This document shows, in pieces, positions 50,770 through 63,556 of a DNA stretch of 64,000 nt. The notes beneath the pieces were generated by a model. It worked only from the letters and a program-made list of their open reading frames with translations, made no database searches and was not told where the DNA came from. The translations under genes were made by a program, and so were the position numbers. Within the stretch, counting starts at the first letter, position 1. Each line of letters opens with the position of its first letter. Source of the DNA: Mobula hypostoma (lineage: Eukaryota); contig NC_086102.1 in the NCBI RefSeq assembly GCF_963921235.1, forward strand, positions 165,292,001 to 165,356,000. Direction: 5' to 3'.

Positions 50770-51460
50770 GGTTGTATATGATTCCACTAGCTCCTTTGGC
50801 AGCGAGTTGCAGATATCAATTAATCTCAAAAAGAACCTATCCCCTCAAATCCCTTTTAAAATTCCTGCATTAAACCTGTGTCCTCCTGTTTCTGATACCT
50901 TCAACAATGAAAACTTCTGATTGTCTACCCCATCTGTGCCTCATATCAGAAAGCCCAGTCGATTCAGTCTCTCTACTTAACTAAAGTTCTTCAATCTAGG
51001 CAACATTGTGGTCAATCTCCTCGGCACTACTTCACAATGCACAGTCTAACTGGTATTTTGTAAATTGCAACGTAGCATTCTAAGTTGTTTATGTTGTGCC
51101 ACAACCTAAGAAGGTAAGCATGTCTTATGCCACTTTCACCACCCAATCTACCTTTGTTGCTACTTTTAAGGCATTATGCCTTGAACTCTGGTTCCTTTGT
51201 TCATTGATATCTCTTAGCACCACACTATTTACTGGCAATTTTCCATCTGATCCTTATCCTACTGTACCCTTAGACAATCTTCCTTGCTATGCACAATACC
51301 ATCAATATTATTGTCATTGCAAGCTTACTAATCATACTCCTATGTTCACATCTAAGTCATATGTATGTAGGGGTCCTAGCACATTCCCTGGAGTAGACCA
51401 CTGGTCACTGACTTCCAATCAGAAAAGCATCCTAACGCCATTCTGCCTCCTAACACCAAT
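50770..51460 (-). mobile_element. Old CR1 fragment
   Basis: SDWKSVTSGLLQG at the end of ORF 51376..51918, with CR1 3' remnants nearby. Confidence 0.65.
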
Positions 51461-51464
51461 GATC

Positions 51465-51965
51465 GAAGCTGTCCTTGAGACTGGTGGTACATGCTTTCAG
51501 GCTTTTGTGTCTGCTGTCTGATTGGCGGGGGGTGTTGGGAAAGAGAGCATGTCTGGAGTAGGGGGGGGTCTTTTATTATCCTGGCTGCTTTGCCAAGGCA
51601 ACAAGAAGTGTAGTCAGAGTTCATGGAGGAGACACTGTTTTCTGTGATATGCTGAACTGTGTCCACAACTCTCTCCAGCTTCTTGCAGTCATGGACAGAG
51701 TGGATAGTTTTCGCTGGTGTATTAATAAAAATTGGTGTGGTGAGGGCAAAAGAGAACATGCTAATTTTCTGTAGAAGTAGAGGAGTTGGTAGGGCTATCT
51801 TCACCATGGTGTCATTGGACTGGGATAGGCCATTGGTGATATTCATTTCTAGAAACTTGAAACCTTCAAACCTCTCAACTGCAGCACTGTTGATGTAAAA
51901 AGGAGTATGTGCACCCACTTCTTCCTGAAGTCAAAGGCCAGAACTTTAGTTTTGCTGACATCAAG
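51465..51965 (-). mobile_element. Rex1/Babar-like fragment
   Basis: INSAAVERFEGFKFLEMNIT and KKLERVVDTVQHIT...CLGKAARIIKDP. Confidence 0.8.
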
Positions 51966-52999
51966 AGTAGGATGGAGAATTAAAATAGCAGGCAACGGGA
52001 AGCTCTTGGTTGCATCTGCATGTTGAACCCAGATGTTTCATGAATTGGGCATCTAGTCTGCATTCAGTTTCTCCAATGTAGAAGTGATCATATTATGAAT
52101 ATCAAAGCAATACACTAGATGAGGAAGTACGAGAGAATTACTCCTTTACTGTTTGGATCTCTGAATGAATGGATGACTGGAAGTGAAAGGACCAACATTG
52201 CATTTACTGTGCAACCTCGGGAGATGAAACACCTGACCTTTTGATATGATCTGATTGTTGATTGTTTACCTTTGTTGCATAATGCTTTTGCTACCTAGCA
52301 TGTATTGCATTTTTGCCATATTGCCACCACAATTTTAGATAAGCCTTACTCATGTTGGCATATCTTTTTGCATTGATTGAACCAGCTTGGTGTCGTGGGT
52401 TCATTGTTACTGTGAGTGATGTGCCATCTGATACAGATCCAAACCAGAAATTGTTTTTCAGGAATAACTGAGCAAATCTTGTTGATGGCTATCCCAACCA
52501 GAGAATATTTTGTGCCCTTTTTATTCTCTGCAGTTTCAATAGGTGAGTGGGGATAGTTGGTGATGATTAAGAGAAGGCTTCCATGCCTAGGTATGACCCA
52601 GTGCTGTGAAATTTTGAGGTTGTCAACTTTGAGGACACCCAAGGAATAATTTTGCGTTGTCCAGGGTGAGTGCCAAGTTTGACAATGGTCCATGTAGTTT
52701 TATTCTGCTTGATACAACTGACCGACTTGCTAAGCCATTTCCAGAGACTGTTCAGAATCTGTAACATTGCTGTGGATCTGGAGTCACATTTGTAGCAACA
52801 TTTCGTTGATTGAATTTAAATTTCCCCACTGTTATGGTGAGATTTTAACTTGTGTTTCTGGATTAGCAACATAGGCCTTGAGATTATAAAACCATTGACG
52901 TTTTTTGGTGGAGGGGGGAGTCACTCCATGAGGTTGGAGGTACAGAAGCCTGAAGGCACACACTATATATATACACACACACACATCTGAGATCCAATT

Positions 53000-54836
53000 T
53001 CCTGTTTGCGGGTGCACTTCACCAGTTCTATTACCCTTCAGCATTTCTTTTTCCACTTCAAAGCATCAAGGCAGCGAAACAACAATACAGAGACAGGATT
53101 CAGACTCAACTTTCCACCAACAACACACACAGCTTATGGCAAGGTCTGCACACCATCACAGACTTCAAAGCTAAACACAGTGGAGTTTCCAACATCGATG
53201 CCTCTCTCCCAGATGAACTAATTCTTTTTTTACACTCAATTCGATGTCGCCAGTACTGAGTCCCTGAGGAGACCTGCAGATGATGCAAGTTCAGCTTGGT
53301 CATCTCTGAGGCCGAAGTACGCAGGTGTTTCCAACAGTTGGACAGTCGCAAGGCTGCGGGACCAGACGGCATCCCAGGGCAGGTATGCAGAATGTGTGCG
53401 GCACAACTGGCAGGTGTGTTTACAGACATTTTTCATCTCTCCCTCTCCCAGTGTAGAGTGCCCTCCTGCTTCAAATTATCCACCATTGTCCCTGTACCAA
53501 AAAAGACCAAGGTAACATGTCTGAATGACTGGTGTCCTGTCGCACTCAACTCAATAATAAGCATATGCTTTGAGAGGCTGGTCAAGATCTACATCTACAG
53601 CATGCTGCCACCCAAACTGGGCCCCCTACAGTTCGCCTCCTGACACAACGGATTGACAGATGACGCAATACCCACAGCTCTAAATACCATCCTTACACAT
53701 CTGGAGAAGAGGGACACTTATGTGAGAATGCTGGTCTTGGACTACAGTTCAGTGCTCAACACCATAATTCCCTCCAGGCTTGACAAGAAGCTCAGAGGCC
53801 TCGGCCTTCACTCTGCCTTGTGCAGCTGGATCCTGGACTTCCTGTCAGATGGCCGGCAGGTGGTAAGAGTGGGCTGCCTCATCTCCACCCCTCTGACTCT
53901 CAACACAGGAGCCCCTCAGGGCTTTGTACTAAGCCCCCTCCTTTACTCTTTGTATACCCATGACTGTTGCCACCCACAGCTCCAATTTGCCAATTAAATT
54001 AGCTGATGACACTTCATTGATTGGCCTAATCTCAAATAATAATGAGGCAGCCTACAGAGAGGTAGTCATCACCCTGACACAGTGGTGTTAAGAAAACAAC
54101 CTCTCCCTCAACTTCGCAAAAACAAAGGAGCTGGTTGTGAACTACAGGAGGAATGGAGACAGGCTAACCCCTATAGACATCAATGGATCTGGGGTTGACA
54201 GGGTGAACAGCTCTAAGTTCCTCGGCATAAACATCATCGAGGATCTCACGTGGTCTGTACATACTGGCTATGTGGTGAAAAAGGCAAAACAGCACCTCTT
54301 TCACCTCAGATGGTTGAAGAAGTTTGGTATGGCCCCCCAAATTCTAAGAACTTTCTACAGGGCCACAATTGAGAGTATCCTGACTGGCTATATCACTGCC
54401 TGGTATGAGAACTGTACTTCCCTCAATCTTAGGACTCTGCAGAGAGTGGTGCGGACAGCACAACACATCTGTAGATGTGAACTTCCCACTATTCAAGACA
54501 TTTACAAGGACAGGTGTGTAAAAACGGCCGAAGGCTCATTGGAGACCTGAGTCACCCCAACCACAAACTGCTCCAGCTGCTACCATCTGGGAAACGGTAC
54601 CACAGCATGAAATCCAAGACCAACAGCCTCCAGGACAGCTTCTTCCACTAGGCCATCAGACTGATTAATTCATGCTGCCACAACTGTATTTTGATGTTAT
54701 ATTGACTATCCTGTTGTACATAATATTTATTATGAATTACTATAATTGCACATTGCACATTTGGACAGAGACATTACATAAAGATTTTTACTCCTCATGT
54801 ATATGAACGATGTAAGTAATAAAGTCAATTCAATTC
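53000..54836 (+). mobile_element. Rex1/Babar-like LINE, 5'-truncated, relatively young
   Basis: RKAAGPDGIPG, VPSCFKLSTIVPVPKK, DYSSVLNTIIP, GAPQGFVLSPLLYSLYTHDC and KFLGINIIEDLTWS; tail aataaagtcaattcaattc. Confidence 0.93.
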
Positions 54837-55729
54837 CTGTCCTCATCACTATGTTCTCCTATATTTTGTTTTCTTGTGCCCATCTTTATATAGAATAGGA
54901 ATTTCTTCTGTAGCTATTCTGATATTTTGGAGATTTTGGATATTTTGTCCAAAAGCTTCTTTAACAGTTAGAATGGTTGATACTTTAAGTAACTTTTACT
55001 GAAATGAAAGCGCTAAGCCCATAATTCACTTAATACCAAGTGCAAGCTGGCTAGAACAGGATAGCAAGAGGTTACCTCAGTAAGGAATGACATTGAGAGC
55101 CTACACTTATTTTTCTGAACAAGTATGACATTTTTGAGATAAGGTATTGTTGTTGCTAAGGAGGGATATTGTATTTACATTGGCGTGTAATATTCACTGC
55201 CACCTTGTGGAATTGTAGTAGACCTGTATACTGAAACAATTCTGATTTTAAATGTAAAATTTTCTGTGCTTGACAATGATGTTACATTTTTTTAAAACAT
55301 TATAAATGTCAACCATATTACCACCTACTGATATAGGTATAGTAAGTAATTAATGCTTTCAAAATTGAATTTTCTTTTGTCAGAGAGGATATCATTTGGA
55401 TTTGAGATGGAATTTTTCTCTTTCATATGCTGTCTATCACCCTTCCTGCTGTTCCAAACTATCTCAACTGACTCCATTTTTCTCTGCGGGGTCTGGCTCT
55501 ATTATGTTTACTTTGGCTTTTGTTATGACCATCACCTTTTCCCAACCTTCTTACTCACTTTTGCAAATCTCTTTGCTTGTTCATCCCTCCCATTTCTGCC
55601 TTTCCACCAAGTAGTCTGTCATTGTCTTTCCCCAACCCTGTCTTTTGTCTCTTGGTCACCCAGACTGGAGTTCTTCCTGTTACAATTTGATTTGTTGTTT
55701 TCTCTCACTTTGTTTGTTGAATATATTTT

Positions 55730-56545
55730 GGCATAACCAAGTTCTCAAACAGCTGGCATCAATCTTGGAACAGAGGCAAATCACCACAAATGTTCTCCCA
55801 CAAACATCGGCAGGAAATGTCCACATCACACGACTTGTACCAGCAGGCCAACCCCCCAAGCACCACATAACATCAAAAGATGTAATCATTCTGCAGGTTG
55901 CTCGGGATTGGAAAATGGACGTGGACTTGGAAAAAAAAGCTTGTGTTTCCCCCAGACATTGTGGCTACAACACTCTGCCCAAATATGGTCCTGTGGTCCA
56001 CAACAGCCAAGCTGGCATATGTTGTGGAATTGACAGTACCATAGGAAGATGGTGTCGAAGAAGCTTATGAGAGGAAAAAGACCAAGAACTCTGAACTGGC
56101 AACTGAAGCTGCCCAGAATGGCTGGAAGACCAAGATTTTCCTTGTAGAAGTGGGATTCAGGGGATTCATTGCTACATCTACGACCAGTCTATTGAAGAAG
56201 ATGGGGGTGAGGGGACACTCCCTCCAACAAGCAATCAAGTCCTTGTCAAATGTAGCAGAAGAAAGCAGCAATTGGATTTGGATTAAAAGGAAAGGCAACA
56301 ACTGGGCTGCAAGATGAAGACAGGAGGGTATGGAACTGAGGGGGGTGTATCTGGGACGCCAGGTAGCACCGTTGAGCCCTCTGGAGACGTCGTGGGCTTA
56401 TCAACGAAGCGTCAAAGAAGGAGAGTGCCCACCTGATGACCCCGATGACGTACCTACCCTCCTTGTCACCACTCCAAGCCCACTGCCAACATCAAGAGTG
56501 CCGACTTACCATAGGGATTGAAACATCAAGTCCTAGTAGCTCTAC
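55730..56545 (+). mobile_element. Second, divergent Hero-like RLE retrotransposon 3' end
   Basis: WHNQVLKQLAS...DWKMDVDL, then after a frameshift VFPPDIVATTLCPNMVLWS...VVELTVP*EDGVEEAYERKKTK...VEVGFRGFIA...WIWIKR. Confidence 0.85.
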
Positions 56546-56869
56546 TATACTTCTGAGTCATAGATGACAGAATCTCACTTGTCGTAAAGCACCCATTTTC
56601 ACTAATCCTATTTAATTTCCCTCTCATTCCCATCAATTATCCCCAGCTTCTACCACTCAGTCAAGTACTAAGGGCAATTTACAATAGCTGATAAACCCAT
56701 CACCCACGCGTCTTTGTTCATAGAAGGAAATCCATATGGTCACAAATTCCACACAAACAGCACAGCAGCTCTGGATTAATTCTGTGTCACTGGAGCTGTG
56801 AGCAGCAGTTATACTGGTTTATACCACTGAGTCACCTCTAATCTCCGAAAGAACAATGGAAAGCTGAAA

Positions 56870-57260
56870 CTGGTGTCTGGTTGATTCATAGAATACAGAG
56901 AGTAGGATTGGAAGGCTGATACTTTAGTTGGAAGTCTGACTCATGGTGTTCCACAAGGATCAGTGCTTGGACCTCGGTTGTTTGTAATACATATCAGTGA
57001 TTTGGATGAAAATGTAAAACAGGTGTATTATCAGGTTTGAGGATAACACCAAGATTGCCCAAGTTGTAGATGTTGTAAAGGACTATTAAAGAATACAGTG
57101 GGGATGTACTATAAATCCATTACAGATATGGGCAGAGAAATGGCAGATGGAGTTTAATCTGGACGAGTGTGAGGTGTTGCACCTTGGGAGTTCAAATGAA
57201 AGGAGGAAGTACAGTATAAGTTAATGGAAGATCCCTTAATAACATTGAGGTACAGACTCC
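56870..57260 (+). mobile_element. CR1 RT fragment
   Basis: GVPQGSVLGPRLFVIHISDLD and WAEKWQMEFNLDECEVLH. Confidence 0.85.
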
Positions 57261-58699
57261 ACTTAACACAAAAGCATTATTTTACTCTTAAAATTCATTT
57301 TTGTATGTGCACACTGAAATGTAGTAGATAGATTTGCCTTTAGCACTTCTGAAGGAATATGCCTTCTAAAATGTGTGGAAGACAGGGACCACATCATCAA
57401 AAGTAAATAAGTATCTTTTATTAATTTTGTTAAATAAAGACTTTAAATGATGAGTTTCTGTCCAGTTTTGCTTTGCAGTGTTTTTCCCTGAATTAGTGTG
57501 ATGTGTGATAGGTCGCAATATATTCAGTTTAAATTGAGTTTCCATGATCTTTAGAGCTAGTTTAAAAACTTTGGGCAGCTAGCTTTTGGCATACAAATTA
57601 TTCATCATTCTTCAGTTGCCTATCATTATTCACCAGTGAAAATTTCAATTAATTTGTGTGATATGTGGTGGCCTCCAGAGAGAGTCAAGAAATTGGACAT
57701 TGTATCAGCAGAACTGTCTGAAAGAAAAACAAGTATCTTGATTGATTTTTCCTGTCCACCTAAAATCCCGGGAACAATTAGATAACTTTATTAAGTGCTA
57801 TTATTTTTTTCTCACTTGTCAATGTTAACATAAGAAAAGTTGTTTACTCACGAAATGTCCTTTTACTGTGAATGTACAGCTCATTGGAACAAAATGATGG
57901 AAACTGATTGCATTTAATTTCTTGGGATCAGTCCAAAGCTGTATTGAATGGGTGTGTATTTAATCTCATAATTGTTCTTGTCTCCTGCTGGTTTAAAGAA
58001 GAATTAATGTTTTGAATAAACTCTGCACAATTTGTTTCTCTTGAAGTTAGTAAACCTTCTTACCTTTCTCTTTGGTGTTCAAGTAATTTAGTACTACTTT
58101 GCCCCACTCTTACATTTTTATCTGGAAATCTATATTATTATTGTTAGCTTTTTTTGTATTAGCCACAGTTGGATTTGTTCTTGTGTATGCTGGTTCTATT
58201 AATTAAGTTCTATGTTTAGATTTGCTTTCAGAACACCCTTAGAACATTTAAAAAACACTGTCTTCAAATAGATGACTGAACCATGCAACTCATTAGTGGC
58301 AATTTAACTATAAATTGGTGATTTTTATTTTGTTGACTCATGGAAACAGAGCTCACCAGTAAGTCAGAAACATTGTCCATCCTTAATTATCTCTTGGACC
58401 AATTGACTGCTGGACCAAATTAAGGGACAATTAAGAATCAACTTCATTAATAGGTCCAGAGTCATTTAGGATGACTTGAATATGTTCAGCAGACTTCCTT
58501 CCTGACTTTCTCCAATACTACAGTTGTTTCATGAAAATGGTACTGTGCTATCATATTATACAAATGTATTCAATAACTTTGGTGAACTGAAATGAGTCAC
58601 CCTGGATCAATAGTTCAGGCTCTCTGCTGGTTGGTAACCTAACCAATAGGCTAATTGAAACCAAATGTCTTGTAATATTTTAGATAGTTCAAAAAAGCC

Positions 58700-59730
58700 T
58701 TCGCCTGTATAGTCTTATAGCTGAAACAGGCCCTTTAACCCAACTCATCCATGCCAATGGTGATTCTCATATATGCTAATCCCATTTGCCTACATTAGGC
58801 CTGTTTCCCTGTGTTGTTTTCCTACCACTCTCCAAATTCCTTTCGAACATTGAAATTGTATCTGCCTCAATCATCCCCTTTTGTGTAGGAAAATTTACAC
58901 TACAGATCTCCCTTAAAATTTTCCCCTCTCACCTTAAATCTATGCCCGCTATGTTTGGACACCCCTTACCTTGGAAAAGGACTGTCTACTCTTTCTGTCT
59001 TCCTCATAATCTTATAAATGTTTGTTTTCCCCTCAGCTTCCCCCCCCCCCATGTTCCACCCAATCTCTCATTGTAACTAACGCCCTTCATTCCTGATGGA
59101 TCTCTTCGGCACTCTTTCCAATGTGTGTATCTGTTCTGTTGTGTGGTGCACAATATCCCAGGTGCAGCCTTAGCATTTATTTGTACGGCTGCAACATGAT
59201 GTCTTAATTCTTGTATTCATGTTTACAAAGGCAAGCAAGCCAATGCTTTCTTGCTGTCCTATGTAACTATGTCTCCAGGTTCATGGAACAATGAAAGTGT
59301 ATCCAAGATCTTTCTGTATACCAATATTCCCTGACTTTTATCGTAAATGTCTTGTCAGTATTTAATGTCCAAGAAAACTTTACCATATATTATTCTGATT
59401 ACATTCCATCTGCCACTGCTCTGCCCAATTCTCCATTTGATCTCTGCTCCTCTATATCCTTAGACAACCTTTTTACTTCAATTCCAATTTTTATATGTCA
59501 GCAAACTTGCTAATCAGACCACCTACATTCTCATCTAAGATATATATATATATCTGGTTCTATATATAGAACCAGAGAGGTCCTGGCACCTTTTCTTAAG
59601 TGAGGTACGCAACAGAATACAGGCTTCAAGTCAGAAGACCAACCTTTTCAATACCATTCTCTACCTTCTGTCACCAAGCTAATTTTGGCTCCAATTTGCC
59701 AACACACCTTCAATCCCTAATGGGCCAGCT
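58700..59730 (-). mobile_element. Old CR1 fragment
   Basis: CR1-like tail (gaaacaggccctt...) and reverse-strand WAEQWQME and SKFAD remnants. Confidence 0.65.
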
Positions 59731-59922
59731 TCAATAATGATAGCCTTTTTTAATGGCATCGTTGCATTTTTAACTTGCAAGTAACTCCTGTCTTTGATTT
59801 ACTTTTTGACCCTAAAGATAAGTGCAACCTTGTACTGGTATTTCGGATTCTGAATGTAATTATCAGTTAAGCATATCTGACCATGCAAGTTCTATATAGA
59901 AAAATGGCAATTAAAAAATACA

Positions 59923-60055
59923 AACAACAGGAATTCTGCAGATGCTGGAAATTCAAGCAACATACATCAAAGTTGCTGGTGAACGCAGCAGGCCAAGCAG
60001 CATCTATAGGAAGAGGCGCAGTCGACGTTTCAGGCCGAGACCCTTCGTCAGGACA
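59923..60055 (-). mobile_element. Short Penelope-derived hammerhead element, antisense to OLA1; 11-bp TSD
   Basis: Minus strand tgtcCTGACGAagggtctcggcctGAAACGTCgactg. TSD TAAAAAATACA at 59912-59922 and 60056-60066. Confidence 0.92.
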
Positions 60056-60159
60056 TAAAAAATACAGATGTTTTATGAAAATATTTTTACTGCTAGATGA
60101 TGACTGTTGCACAATGATGCCCAGAGTAGCTAACAATGTTTTGCATCTTTTTTGTACAG

Positions 60160-60300
60160 GTTGATAAAAATTAAAGAGTGGGTAGACAAACATGATCCGA
60201 GAGCACTGGTCATTCCTTTCAGTGGAGCAATGGAACTCAAGTTACAAGATATGGATGAAGAAGAAAAAACAAAATACCTGGAAGAAAACAAAACACAAAG
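60160..60300 (+). CDS. OLA1: OLA1 internal coding exon (exon 8 equivalent), 141 nt
   Basis: tttgtacag|G...AG|gttatt. Translates (W)[46 protein letters not shown](S); phase 2/2, matching both neighbours. Confidence 0.96.
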
Positions 60301-60549
60301 GTTATTGAGCATTTACTTTTTAAAGCTTTGTTTTTATTTATTAATTTAATTAAATAAAAAAGGAGTTTCCAATATACATTTTGAAATGCCATTAAGTATT
60401 TTAAGTTTTCAGTGTTTGTGCTGAAATCAAATTACTTAGTCAGTTCTGAATGGACTTCAAATGGAGCAACATTTAGTTATCCCTTAAATTTGTTCATCAT
60501 TTTTATCTCCTCCTGTGCACATAGCCTTTGATTCTACAAATCTGGGCAG

Positions 60550-62170
60550 AGTGTAGTACAGTACAGACCTTTTTAACCTACTCCAAGATCAACCTAAGGC
60601 TTCCCTCCCATATAGCCCTCCATTTTTCTTTTGTCCATGTGCCTGTCTAAGAGTTTCTCAAACGTCTCTAATATATTTGCTTCTCCTACCACCCCTGGCA
60701 GAGTATGCCACATACCTACTGCTCTCTGTGTATTAAAAAAAACTCTCTAACATATACTTTCCTCCAATGACCTTAAAATTGTGCGCTCTCGAATTAGCCA
60801 TTTCTGCCCTGGGTAAGTCGCTGGCCATCCATTCTGCCTGTGCCTCTTATCATCTTGTACATCTCTGTCAAGTCACTTTGCATCCTTCTTTGCTCCAAAG
60901 AAAAAAGTCCTTGCTCATTCAACCTGTCCTCAGAGGACATGCTCCCGAATCCAGGCAGCATCCTGGTAAATCTCCTGTGCGTCCTCTCTAAAACTCCACA
61001 CCTTTCCTATAATGAGGTGACCAGAACTGAACACAATAAATCAAGTGTGGTCTAATCAGAAATTTATAGGGTTGCCTTGCAGCCCTTGAACTCAATCCCC
61101 CAACTAATTGAACTCCATCTGACACCTCTCAACCCATCTCTGCATCCTATTAATTTCAGTTGTATCCTATGACAATCTCTACACAATTCACAACTCCACC
61201 AACCTTTGTGTCATCTGCAAACTTTCTAACTTACCCTTCCACTTCCTCCTCCAAGTTATTTATAAAAAATCACGAAACATACTATGTGCCTTCTTAACCA
61301 CTCTAACAACTTGTGTGGCAACTTTGAGGTATCTATGGGTGTGAACCCCTCGATCTCTCTGTTGTTGCACACTATCTCCTGCCATTAACTCTATACTCTG
61401 CATTTAAGCCCAACCTTTCAAAGTGTATCACTTCACATTTTTCCATATTGAACTCCCATCTGACACCTCTCAGCCCAACTTTGCATCCTATCAATTCTGA
61501 TTGTATTCGATGACAACATCGATACTATCCACAATTCCACCAACCTTTGTGTGATCTGCATACTTTGGAACACCAGGGATCACCTTCCTCCAGACAGAAT
61601 ACACTCCATCTACTATCACACTCTGTCTTCTGTGGTCAAGCCATAGAGTCAAGTTTCCCTGATTTTCTGAATGAGCCTACCATGGGCACCTTGTTGAACC
61701 TCTCACTAAAATCCATATACACCACATCCACTGCTCTACCTTCATCAGTTTGTCTTGTCACTTCCTCAAATAGTTCATTCAAGCTTGTGAGACATGACCT
61801 GCTTCTTACAAAGTCATGCTGACTATCCCTAATCAGACTACACCTCTCCAAATACTCCAGATGCTGTCTGTAAGAATTCTCTCCAATAGTTTGACTACCA
61901 CTGATTTTATGTTCACTGGTCTATAATTCCCAGAGATAGCACTATTATCTTTCTCGAACAAAGGAACGACATTTGTGACGCTCCAGTCTTTGGGTACAAC
62001 TCCTTTGGCCAGAGAGTACACAAAGTTTGTCATTAAAGGCACAGCAGTCTCCTCCCTCTGTTCCCGTAGTAACCTGGGGTGTAGCGTATCAGGCCTCAGG
62101 GAGTTACCTATACCAATGTTTTTCAACAAGTCCTAGCACATCCTCTTTCTTAATGTCGACACATTTCAGC
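60550..62170 (-). mobile_element. CR1 LINE fragment(s), rearranged
   Basis: ORF 61833..62129 has NYRPV and ORF 61636..61851 has QHDF...DVVYMDFS; the CR1 3' end is near 60560. Confidence 0.88.
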
Positions 62171-63459
62171 TGGAGGCATATCTCACTGAGCTAGGGAAAG
62201 GATGGTAGGGTGAAGGAGGCATGGCTGACAAGAGGTGGAACATCCAGTCAAAGGGAAGAAAGGAGTACACTTAAGGTTTAGGAAGCAAAGATCAAGCAGG
62301 GCGCCTGAGAGTTATAACGTAGCCAGGAATGAGCTTAAGAAGCTAGAGAATATTTAGTAAATGTGTTCTTTGAGTCCACTTTCAATGGCTACTGGTAAAA
62401 TCTGAGCTCTGACTATGTATAAGTAAAAACTTTTTTGCTGGTTTGCAGTACTGGAGCTGATCTTCTGATGACCAGCAAACCTCCTGAATGTGATTGTGAA
62501 CATCTTGTTTCTTCACTTTATGCCCCCAGATGTAAGAAACCATCCCCAAATGATCAGTGGTGCACGATTTCTCTGACCAGCTGGTGTGACTCTCACCCAG
62601 CAGATAAGAGTCCCTCTTCCCCCAGTACTAATTTGCTGCCATCTGATAAATAACTACTGAAAAGGAAGCAGATTCTGAAGGGCTGAGTTCATTTCCCTGT
62701 TTTCTTTTCCATCTTGGTGCTGCCACCAATGAGCTTCGTCTGGGTTGGGAGACTAAGAAAGACGATCATAGTGGACTGGCTTTTTTTTTGTCAGTCATTG
62801 CATTCAGTATGCACCACACTTACTACTCTTTTGCTTTGGGTCATACTGTAATCATTTGGTTCTTCCCTCACCACACGGTATATTCAGGTTATTACATGAA
62901 ATGAGGTAGTACAAACTGAGAAAAGTAGAAATCTGGAAAAAGCTCCACATTGGGTGCTAATGTATTACATTAGAGATTTGAGACGATATCAAGGGATTGT
63001 ATTATTTAAACACTGGAATAAAATTGTGACATCGCACATATTTTTACCCAAATAAATTATTTTATTTGGGGCTGTTCTACTCAGCTTTTTATATATGAGG
63101 TTTACTTTTAAACATTAACTGACAGTTTATAATCTTGTTGAAGTTTTTGTGAAGTTCCTGACAGGCCATGAGTTGTACTTTCTCATGACACCTTTGTGAA
63201 ACTTTGATTATCAAGGAGAAAGTTGATTATACTTAGCTTGCAACCTTCAGTTTTAAGCTTTTCATTGTATGATGTATGTTTGTACTCAGTTATTATTGGA
63301 GTGAATTTAATATTGTGAAAAGGTCTAATAATTGAGGGATAGAGTTTAATAAAATATATTTTGCCATTTGATGTTTTTGAGGTCAAATATCCAAAATATA
63401 AATATTTGCACTGAAATGTATTGAATAGAATTTTTAAAATGATTTGTTTGTAATTTAAG

Positions 63460-63556
63460 TGCTTTGGCCAAAATCATCAAGACCGGATTCTCATCTCTTC
63501 AGCTGGAATATTTTTTTACTGCAGGCCCGGATGAAGTAAGAGCATGGACCATAAAG
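63460..63556 (+). CDS. OLA1: OLA1 internal coding exon (exon 9 equivalent), 97 nt, start of the TGS domain
   Basis: taatttaag|T...AAG|gtatgt. Translates (S)[32 protein letters not shown], which contains the conserved [15 protein letters not shown] motif. Confidence 0.97.

Noticed and set aside
55353-55736. Hydrophobic 127-aa ORF as a membrane protein
   Set aside because: It is T/C-rich low-complexity intron sequence with no recognisable homology or splice structure.
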